From Candidatus Heimdallarchaeota archaeon (GTDB taxonomy: Archaea; Asgardarchaeota; Heimdallarchaeia; JABLTI01), in contig JABCTZ010000027.1 of the NCBI GenBank assembly GCA_018238155.1, forward strand, positions 1-40,647: a stretch of DNA of 40,647 bases, in the 5' to 3' direction. The first letter of the stretch is position 1, and each line of letters opens with the position of its first letter. The notes below the pieces were generated by a model. The model made no database searches and was not told where the DNA came from. It saw only the letters and a program-made list of their open reading frames with translations. Positions 20,810-28,399 of this stretch are shown one piece after another. Made by a program: the position numbers and the translations under genes.

Positions 20810-21355
20810 ATGAAAGATAGTAAATATTCAATAACAAAGAAATCAACGCTCATTCCACCATATGAAAGAATTCCTATGGGCATGAATTTCGTGTTGCGTA
20901 TTGCGCACATGCAACGTATGAAAAATATTGACTTAAATGTTGACAACGAGAAACTTGCAATAGAAGGGCAAAGAACAATTATGGCCGGAGATTTTCATTT
21001 AGATATTAAAAGAGAAGATTTTAGAGGTTCATCTGTTAGTTATCGAGCCTTTAATCTGTTCGGCATTATCTTTGGTTCACTGTTGTCATTACTAGGTATA
21101 TTTGCACTAATTGTATACATAGCCGATCTATTTGAAAATGATGGCGATACTATGGCATTGGGACTAGGTATTATTATTCTTATATTTGGAGTACTGATCT
21201 TAGTTCTAAGTTGTCTAAAGAAAACAATTATTTCACTACGTTTTGTAGATAAAAATTCCAATTCTGTTCGACATTTTGCAATAAGAATACGACGAAACAC
21301 AAAGGATTATTATCAATCCGCAAAAGAATTTACCGAAAAAATCTGGAAAGAATGA
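20810..21355 (+). CDS. Hypothetical 2-TM membrane protein (tandem copy 2)
   Basis: 181 aa; shares HLDIKREDFRGSSV and LRFVDKNSNSVRHFAI with copy 1. Confidence 0.85.
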   Translation: MKDSKYSITKKSTLIPPYERIPMGMNFVLRIAHMQRMKNIDLNVDNEKLAIEGQRTIMAGDFHLDIKREDFRGSSVSYRAFNLFGIIFGSLLSLLGIFALIVYIADLFENDGDTMALGLGIIILIFGVLILVLSCLKKTIISLRFVDKNSNSVRHFAIRIRRNTKDYYQSAKEFTEKIWKE

Positions 21356-21557
21356 ACCAATAAACTAACCAACTACATAACTAGATGCAAGTAATATTTC
21401 GCTCTTGTATTTCTAACTTTTTTTATATTATATCTCAGAAATGAAGAGAGCATATTTTTATAGTAGGTTAAAGTGCACAAAACATAAGAATTGTTTAATA
21501 AAAAAGAAAGAATCAAATAAACAATTACTTACAGAAGAATATTGGAGACAAAAACCA

Positions 21558-21716
21558 ATGGCAAAATACGAATGCTCAGTTTGTGGCTACATTTATGACG
21601 AAGATGAAGGAGATCCAGATTCAGGCGTTGCTCCCGGAACAAAATGGAACGATGTCCCCGATGATTGGGTCTGCCCTGTTTGTGGTGTCGGTAAAGGCGA
21701 TTTCGAATCAATCTAA
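21558..21716 (+). CDS. Rubredoxin (52 aa)
   Basis: [14 protein letters not shown]...GDP...[16 protein letters not shown]; true start is ATG 21558. Confidence 0.96.
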   Translation: MAKYECSVCGYIYDEDEGDPDSGVAPGTKWNDVPDDWVCPVCGVGKGDFESI

Positions 21717-22300
21717 TTAATACCCAACTTTTTTTGTCTTTTTTCTTTCTTTTTTCATTCGTCTATTTTCAGTGATGTCTAATTCAAACATGATAAATGA
21801 CAGAGAAATTAGCGAACAGTGGGAATCCAGTCCACCATCCCAATAAACGTTTTTTTGGACAGAGGTTATAATTTTGTTATCAGAGTTGAAGAAAATATAA
21901 CAGTCATGTCGTACTCTAGTCGTAGTAGTTTATTCTTTTGACATTATTTAAGCAATGGTGTGATGTAAAAGCTCAAAGCTATCCCAATGTTTACGTTCAT
22001 ATACTAACAACTTATAGCGTATTGTTACTTCTATTTGGTATCTACTTATTAGTAGCACTTCGAAATATTATTCCATAGACGCCAACCTGCAAAACCAGCC
22101 AAAAACACCTTTTATTTAGAAAAAGGATTCTTTATTACATAATCATTTGGATCTGTGCATTACAAAAGTCATTGAGAAAACTTCTGAATAGCCATCACTT
22201 TTTGGAAATATTATAAAAGAAAAAAAGATAAGAAAGAGAAGAGACCTCTTTCCATTAATTGCTAGAATTAATTTCACAAACGAAATACATAACTCGTTTA

Positions 22301-22522
22301 TCACATAGACTCGAATGCTGATTTAACATCCTCAGTATTGACTGTTTTTCTCTTAGCAGCTGCAGTATACTCACCTGCTTTTTTGCAAGTAGCTATTGCT
22401 ACATCAACAAGTAATTCCTCGAAAGCTATTTTTGCTTCTTTTCCAAATTTACTATTTGGAAGCGCTTCTTTCATAATTCTACCAACTACTGCTAGAGGGA
22501 TTGATACTTTATCTTTAGACAT
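22301..22522 (-). CDS. Histone-fold protein (archaeal histone family, divergent)
   Basis: IPLAVVGRIMKE...KRKTVNTEDV histone-fold pattern. Confidence 0.9.
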   Translation of the reverse strand: MSKDKVSIPLAVVGRIMKEALPNSKFGKEAKIAFEELLVDVAIATCKKAGEYTAAAKRKTVNTEDVKSAFESM

Positions 22523-22645
22523 TTTGTTCACCTTTTATTATATAGTATGAAATATAAAAGAACTATAAAAACCAATGGGTGAAAAAGAATGATTTTACTT
22601 ATTTTACGAATAAAAAGAATCAATTACTGAGAAGAACTTGGATTT

Positions 22646-22681
22646 AAAAAAAAAGAGAGAGCGAGAGAAAAAAATCTCTCG
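22646..22681 (-). terminator. Hairpin plus T-tract downstream of the EF-2 paralog
   Basis: cgagaga (22662-22668) / tctctcg (22675-22681) followed on the minus strand by ctctctc and a T-run. Confidence 0.55.
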
Positions 22682-22704
22682 AAGATATTTAAACAGAAAA
22701 GTCT

Positions 22705-24924
22705 CTATTGACGTTTGTAAACAAAACGAGACCAATTCTCGGGTGAAGGAACTTCAGCAGTCAAACCTTTGCGCGAGCGGATTTCAATGATAGTTTCAAC
22801 TTCCATGCTGGCAGGCATTTGCTCAAAAGCTTTAAACTGATAGCCCCAGAAACTACGACCAGAAGTTGCACTCCGGATCTTGTCGGCAAAATCACCTAAA
22901 GTCTCTGCAGTAGGTAACACACCGACAACGCGAACTTGCTCACCTTCGTCTACAGTATTTTCAACACGACCTCTATGTTGACTGATAAGACCCATGACAG
23001 CACCCATGTACTCTTTGGGAGTTTTAATATCTACAGAGAGAATAGGCTCATAGATATGAGGATTTGCTGTGAGGAATGAAATGTTCATAGCAGCAGTGGT
23101 CATACCAAGGATTTCAGAGAAACCGGTATGAGCGGGGTCAGTGTGAATAGTCGCATCTGTAATAACAACTTTGAGACCGAGAGTAGGTTCTTTTGCAACA
23201 CTGGCAGAGTAAGTAAAGTCACGGAAAATCTGAATGACATATTGCTTAATACGATCCATACGCTGGACACCAGAACTACCATCAATGATCATATTCTGAC
23301 CTTCCAGAGCCCAAATCTTACGAGCAAACTTAGCATCCCAACCGGCTTTATCACGAAGAATACCGGCACGAACTTTATCTCCCTGGTCCATATTGATTGC
23401 ACCACTCTTGATAAGAGCAGCAGCTTTATCGTCTAAAGGCTCAATGTAGAGCTTCAAACGATTATGACCGTTGGGAGATTTGGCATGAACAACACTACCT
23501 GTCTGGTTAATGCGCTCACGATAAACAATAATAGGCTCATTGATGTTAATCTTGATCTGCTCATTAATACGTTTAGTCAAAATCTCGATCTGAAGAGGAT
23601 CAATACCAGAGAGAACGTACTTATTGCTCTCTTTATCATGACGGAAAGTAGCAGTAGGATCAGCCATAATCCACTTGCTAACAACATCACCAAGCTTGGC
23701 TAAATCTTGAGGGTCAACAGCCTCAATAGCACGACTGACAACAGGCTCAGCAGCATAACTGATCTCTTCAAAGCCGGCATAATTAGTACCAGGCTCACGG
23801 AAGGACTCACCACTGGGCGCAATGAAACCGAACATAGCAAAAAGATTGCCTGCTGGAATCTCATCACAATCAAGGATATCAGTAATTTCCATAACACCTA
23901 AACGTTTGATAGGAACCTTCTTGCGCTGACCAATGAGCTCAATATCCATACCAGAACGAATGGTACCAGAGAAAATACGACCAATCAAAGTAGGACGCTT
24001 GCTCTTAGGATCAATGAAAACCTTAGTGATCATACCCAATAAAGGACCATTAGGATCACAGTTAACTAAGGCTTGACCTTCAGGAGAATCAATATCACCA
24101 CTCCAAATATGAGGGATCTTATACTTTTGAGCATCAGCAGGATTGGGTAAATGATTAATAACCATTCGAAGTAAAGCATCTTCTAAATGAAGATTATCGC
24201 GAAGCCACTGCCTGTCATCTTCCTCATACTTTTGGAAAACAACGTCAGGATTAGTATGACCAGCCTCTTTAAGAATCTCAAGAGTAAAAGCCCAACCATC
24301 CTTAGCACTGCCAATAGCAACACTGTTCTTAGCAAAAGAAACTTGCCACTTCTTCTTGAACTCAGGAGGAGCGAACTTTTTAATCTGCTCGTTAACCTGA
24401 GTGATAATAGTATCAACCTTCTCAAAAACCTTACTAGCAGGAAGCTTCAACTCGCTGATCAAACGATCAACCTTGTTAATAAACAAAACAGGCTTGCACA
24501 TCTCACTGCCAACACTCAACTGAATGTTAGTAATAGTCTGAGTCATCAAACCCTCTAAAGCATCAACTAAAATAATTGCGCCATCACTGCCTCTTAAAGC
24601 ACGACTAACCTCACCAGTAAAACTAATGTGACCAGGAGTATCGTTGATCTCAAAAAGATAGTCCTTGCCCTGGTGCTCGTAACTAAGAAGAACAACACTG
24701 GTAAAAATAGTTATACCACGCTCTTGCTCCTCTTCATCAGAGTCAGTCATTAACTTAGTGCCAGCATCATGATCGCTCATAAGACCAGCACGACGAAGCA
24801 AATAATCGCTCGTAGTGGTCTTGCCATGATCGATATGAGCGGCAATACTGAAGACACGACGCTGATCCATAGGATGGCTCTTGACCATGCCGCGAATTTC
24901 GTCGGGATTTTTAATACGTACCAC
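22705..24924 (-). CDS. Translation elongation factor 2 family GTPase, divergent stand-alone paralog (aEF-2p-like)
   Basis: AHIDHGKTT, RGITI, DTPGH, NKVD; domain IV loops SPNGHN and IHTDPAHTG; not preceded by rps12/rps7; GTG 24924 (MVRIK) preferred, GTG 24939 is the alternative. Confidence 0.92.
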   Translation of the reverse strand: MVRIKNPDEIRGMVKSHPMDQRRVFSIAAHIDHGKTTTSDYLLRRAGLMSDHDAGTKLMTDSDEEEQERGITIFTSVVLLSYEHQGKDYLFEINDTPGHISFTGEVSRALRGSDGAIILVDALEGLMTQTITNIQLSVGSEMCKPVLFINKVDRLISELKLPASKVFEKVDTIITQVNEQIKKFAPPEFKKKWQVSFAKNSVAIGSAKDGWAFTLEILKEAGHTNPDVVFQKYEEDDRQWLRDNLHLEDALLRMVINHLPNPADAQKYKIPHIWSGDIDSPEGQALVNCDPNGPLLGMITKVFIDPKSKRPTLIGRIFSGTIRSGMDIELIGQRKKVPIKRLGVMEITDILDCDEIPAGNLFAMFGFIAPSGESFREPGTNYAGFEEISYAAEPVVSRAIEAVDPQDLAKLGDVVSKWIMADPTATFRHDKESNKYVLSGIDPLQIEILTKRINEQIKININEPIIVYRERINQTGSVVHAKSPNGHNRLKLYIEPLDDKAAALIKSGAINMDQGDKVRAGILRDKAGWDAKFARKIWALEGQNMIIDGSSGVQRMDRIKQYVIQIFRDFTYSASVAKEPTLGLKVVITDATIHTDPAHTGFSEILGMTTAAMNISFLTANPHIYEPILSVDIKTPKEYMGAVMGLISQHRGRVENTVDEGEQVRVVGVLPTAETLGDFADKIRSATSGRSFWGYQFKAFEQMPASMEVETIIEIRSRKGLTAEVPSPENWSRFVYKRQ

Positions 24925-24968
24925 GCTTTTACAACTCACTAAACTTAATTTTTTTCAATTTTCTTTAG

Positions 24969-26060
24969 TTATCCCATTTCAAGCTCCATTCCTTCCACCT
25001 TTATACCGGATGGTTTTCGCCCTTGGTGGTCAGTCACTTGATCGCTTTTTCTTTCTTTAGAATCAGCTTCTTTGAACGGGTAGATGCGTTTCAGCACCTT
25101 TGACTTAGATAAGAATTTTTCTCTTTCTTCTTTTTCTTTAGTCGGTTTTGAAACTTTCCTTATTTCATCATCTTTTACTAAAATCACTCCCTTTTTAAAA
25201 TCTGCGATAAATAAGTTTACTGCTAGTAGCAGATGTTTTCTCAAGTTATTGTTGCTATAATTCATTGCTTCAGGTATTCTTCGTAGTACTTTTGATCGGT
25301 AGATGTAATTGTATAGTTCGTGTACTGAGTATTGGTTTAGTTCTAGTTCCTGTGCTAGTTTGTTGAAGTCTAGTTCTCCATTGAAATAGTCGTATCGAGC
25401 GGTCATTTTTCGCGGTATTTTGCGAGTTATGAACGCTGCTAGTCCGTCGTATTTTCTAATTATTGGTATCAACCAGTTGTCAGCGGTGAACTCCTTGTTG
25501 TGATGGTTCTCGCATGCTTCTCTTATGAGTTCATTTTCGATATTCACTTCTCGATATATTTTGCTGATGTGTTTCTCTGTTTTGACAAAGTCGTGCAGTA
25601 GTAGTGCTTTGATTGCTATTAGCATTGGTTCTGGATAGCTCCCTAGTCCTTTCAAGTATTGGAATTTTCGTTTTCTGGGCAGCTTTTTCTTACGCATGCA
25701 TTCCTTTCTTTCCAGCCATAGTATTTTTCCCATTCCATCTTTTTGATGTGCTCCCAATCCATCTAGGTTGAGGAACCACTTTAGTTTATTTTCTGTTTGA
25801 CCTCCCTCCCTTAGGGGGCGGAATCGCAAGTCCACTACTACATATCCTTTGAAACATTTTCGTACTGTGGGTGCCCTACGGTCTCCCTTGATGAGTTTTC
25901 CAAAGTGTGTTCTTCTTGGGTAGGGGAAATATCCTCTGTCGTTTTCCTCTGGGTGCTTGGTTATTGAAATTCTACACCCTTTCATATGAAAGAACGGTTT
26001 GTTGATTACAATAGGGGTGATTATTTTCCCTACTAGTCTTAGGCGTTTGCTTTCGACCAT
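24969..26060 (-). CDS. Cas5-like RAMP domain fused to a Cas10-type permuted HD nuclease domain
   Basis: N-terminal strand GKIITP and G-rich loop GLGAHQKDGMGKI; then ALLLHDFVK, NHH, KYDGLAA and distal IP...NLRKH; overlaps the upstream RAMP gene. Confidence 0.75.
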   Translation of the reverse strand: MVESKRLRLVGKIITPIVINKPFFHMKGCRISITKHPEENDRGYFPYPRRTHFGKLIKGDRRAPTVRKCFKGYVVVDLRFRPLREGGQTENKLKWFLNLDGLGAHQKDGMGKILWLERKECMRKKKLPRKRKFQYLKGLGSYPEPMLIAIKALLLHDFVKTEKHISKIYREVNIENELIREACENHHNKEFTADNWLIPIIRKYDGLAAFITRKIPRKMTARYDYFNGELDFNKLAQELELNQYSVHELYNYIYRSKVLRRIPEAMNYSNNNLRKHLLLAVNLFIADFKKGVILVKDDEIRKVSKPTKEKEEREKFLSKSKVLKRIYPFKEADSKERKSDQVTDHQGRKPSGIKVEGMELEMG

Positions 26061-26839
26061 GCTTTCATTCCCTCCTTCTTCTCTTTCTTGAGGTTTCGTA
26101 TTTTTTCCTCTTCGAATACTTTACCGTTCTTGTCGAACCCTTGAGAGCGAATTACTTCTTGCAGTTCTACTGAGTGAATATTCACTTTTCCGGAGCCATT
26201 ATTGACTGCTGCCCCTAGCCCTATTTCCTGTGCATTTAATATTCCTTTCAGAAGATATCCTAATTCTTCTTTTGTTACTTCTTCTAGGAACTCTATTTTG
26301 ATGGTAAACTCTCCGCCGAAATATCTCTCCCCGAAATCTTGTATTGCTGCTTTTGTTTTATGGACAAGTGAGTTTCTTCTTTCGGTGGCTATGTGCATCT
26401 TTTGTGTGTTTGCATCATTGATTTTTCCCTTGCTTGCTGTTGAGATAATTATCACTGGTTCAAATTTTAGTTTGGATGGCTTGCTTATTGACCCCATTAA
26501 TCTGTGTTGTATGCATTCCTCTGTTTCTAGGCACTTTCCTCTTGCATGAAATCCTTCTGGCAGCAAATTTACTCCACTTTGTGTTTCCGTTTTGCTTGAG
26601 GAATGGCATACTTCTACTCCTTCTTCCTTCGCTAGTGCCATCATTGCATGGTTGATCCATCCTCGTATTCCTTTCATTAGGTATCTCTTACTGTCATCTT
26701 TACTGTTCTCCGAACCATTTCCTAACAATAATAGGTTGTTCACTTTTCCTCCCACCGCCAGACCATTGCCCGTTTTTGCGATGGGTGTTTGCGCATCTAT
26801 TACTATTCGCTTGAATTTTCGTTCAATCATATTTCTCAT
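26039..26839 (-). CDS. cas7: Cas7-group RAMP protein (Csm3/Csc2-like)
   Basis: AQTP first strand; MKGIRGWINH helix; Cys cluster ending CIQHRLMGS....SKLKF; thumb ERRNSL; G-rich loop GLGAAVNNGSGKV. Confidence 0.82.
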   Translation of the reverse strand: MRNMIERKFKRIVIDAQTPIAKTGNGLAVGGKVNNLLLLGNGSENSKDDSKRYLMKGIRGWINHAMMALAKEEGVEVCHSSSKTETQSGVNLLPEGFHARGKCLETEECIQHRLMGSISKPSKLKFEPVIIISTASKGKINDANTQKMHIATERRNSLVHKTKAAIQDFGERYFGGEFTIKIEFLEEVTKEELGYLLKGILNAQEIGLGAAVNNGSGKVNIHSVELQEVIRSQGFDKNGKVFEEEKIRNLKKEKKEGMKAWSKANA

Positions 26840-26986
26840 CTCATAACGTAAAACTTCTGTTATTACGCTTACCGTATATATAACCGTAACGTTTAGGCTA
26901 TATAAACTCTATGTTTTTGATTTTTTTAGATCCAACAAAAGCTACGCTTATATATACGCAACAAAGCTTCAATAGTAGGGAAAATA
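26840..26986. promoter_or_regulatory. Divergent promoter region between the cas7 operon and the AbrB genes
   Basis: Three TATA-like boxes (about 26875-26882, 26899-26906, 26948-26956); tacgctta at 26864 and 26943; accgta at 26871 and 26883. Confidence 0.55.
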
Positions 26987-27163
26987 ATGACAGAAGATGA
27001 AACACCAAAGATTGTCTTTGAACGGTCAATCATTTATGGCTCCGGAACGCATAGAGTAGCTATCCCATTAGAAATAATCAAAGCTTTGCAACTAGAAAAA
27101 GGGGATAGAATAAATGTTACTTTAGAAGGAAAGAAAATTATTCTCTGGAAAAAGGGAGAATAG
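26987..27163 (+). CDS. AbrB/MazE/SpoVT family DNA-binding protein (58 aa, not in the ORF track)
   Basis: Hand translation MTEDETPKIVFERSIIYGSGTHRVAIPLEIIKALQLEKGDRINVTLEGKKIILWKKGE; IP...L.L..GD signature. Confidence 0.85.
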   Translation: MTEDETPKIVFERSIIYGSGTHRVAIPLEIIKALQLEKGDRINVTLEGKKIILWKKGE

Positions 27164-27471
27164 TATTTCCAAGCGAGGGAGTTAAAAGCTCTATTTTTAA
27201 TTAATTTTCAAAAGGTTGAGAAGATACAATTGAGGGTAAAAAAATGAAATTTCTCGGAAGTTCCAAGATAACAAGACAATATCAAATTTCAATACCATCT
27301 GATGTGCGCGCTAAATTAGAATTAGCTTTAGGGGATCACATTATATTTGTAGAGGATACGGATGGTAGAATAATCCTTACAAAAGAAATCGCCTTACCTG
27401 ATGAATAGTTTCTAGTCTTTTTACAATAAGGAAGTCAAAGCACAGCTAGAAAAAGGGGATAGAATAAATGT
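27092..27471 (+). repeat. Perfect 26-bp direct repeat ctagaaaaaggggatagaataaatgt at 27092-27117 and 27446-27471
   Basis: Direct comparison; first copy lies inside AbrB-1, second is intergenic. Confidence 0.93.
27244..27408 (+). CDS. AbrB/MazE/SpoVT family DNA-binding protein (54 aa, not in the ORF track)
   Basis: Hand translation MKFLGSSKITRQYQISIPSDVRAKLELALGDHIIFVEDTDGRIILTKEIALPDE. Confidence 0.88.
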   Translation: MKFLGSSKITRQYQISIPSDVRAKLELALGDHIIFVEDTDGRIILTKEIALPDE

Positions 27472-27540
27472 ATAACTCTAACATTAATAAATAGTAATTG
27501 AGTATTATAAAATTGAAAAAATGAACTGAGGTTTTTACCT

Positions 27541-28230
27541 ATGGAGTCTCTTGATCAAGAAATTGCACATTATAAGCAAATGGCGAGAGAATATAATAGA
27601 ATTGCTAATACATTCACTTTTTTTTGCTGTTGCACTGGTATTCCATTTCTACTTATAGGAACTTTTGATTACAATTCCAAAGCAAAACGTTGTTGGAGAC
27701 GAATAAGAGAACTAGAAGAACAAGAACAGCAAACTCAAGAAACATTGACTATATATTGTCAATCTTGTGGTCATACTATAAGAGAAGTACTAGAATTTTG
27801 CCCACAATGCGGGGAAGTAATAAAAGATATTGAAGAATATAGAATCGAATCAGCTAAACTACAACAAGAAACTGATAATCTTGAATTTGAAGATGAAATG
27901 CTGTACCAAGAAATTCAACTAAAGAATTTTGAAAAGAAAAAAAAATTCGCAATAATTACAAGTTCTATTGTTATTCCGGTCTCAATCATATTAGCTTTTT
28001 TCGCCCCAGTAGTAATGGGACTATGCAATGTTTTCAATCTAGTTTCTTTAATTATATCAATATCTATAATCGGAAAAGTACCAAAAGGTCAAGCTAAACC
28101 GCTAAAACCATTGATCTTAAGCCTTGTATCAATTGCTCTAACTCTTGGGTTATTCTTCTTAGCATTATTTTTGACTAGTAATGATCCTAACTTTATCCAA
28201 CCTATTGAACCATTGTGGAGACACTTTTAG
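27541..28230 (+). CDS. Zinc-ribbon domain membrane protein
   Basis: CQSCG...FCPQCG; N-terminal hydrophobic CCC segment; three C-terminal TM helices. Confidence 0.75.
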   Translation: MESLDQEIAHYKQMAREYNRIANTFTFFCCCTGIPFLLIGTFDYNSKAKRCWRRIRELEEQEQQTQETLTIYCQSCGHTIREVLEFCPQCGEVIKDIEEYRIESAKLQQETDNLEFEDEMLYQEIQLKNFEKKKKFAIITSSIVIPVSIILAFFAPVVMGLCNVFNLVSLIISISIIGKVPKGQAKPLKPLILSLVSIALTLGLFFLALFLTSNDPNFIQPIEPLWRHF

Positions 28231-28399
28231 CTCCACTAAAAGAAGAGTAATAAATCGAATTTTCAACAGCTAATTTTTTTGAATAAAAAGTTTAGACTCG
28301 TTACTATACAATTTTGAAAAAACTACTTAGTATTTGATCATAATATGGATTTAAATACAAAAAGTAATACAGTGATACTGGATTAGAGGAAGAGGAATA

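Noticed and set aside
21441-21557. N-terminal extension of rubredoxin
   Set aside because: The canonical rubredoxin start is ATG 21558 with ggag upstream; the extension covers promoter-like sequence
21720-22290. Gene or ncRNA in the ~580-bp gap between rubredoxin and the histone
   Set aside because: Only short stop-interrupted frames and no convincing structure; may be a decayed gene but cannot be supported
23100-24558. Several alternative-frame and antisense ORFs inside the EF-2 gene (and similar short ORFs inside other genes)
   Set aside because: Expected by-products of codon bias; no recognisable motifs
24975-25110. Hammerhead ribozyme or C/D-box array suggested by repeated CTGA
   Set aside because: No CTGANGA core, no RTGATGA C boxes and irregular spacing
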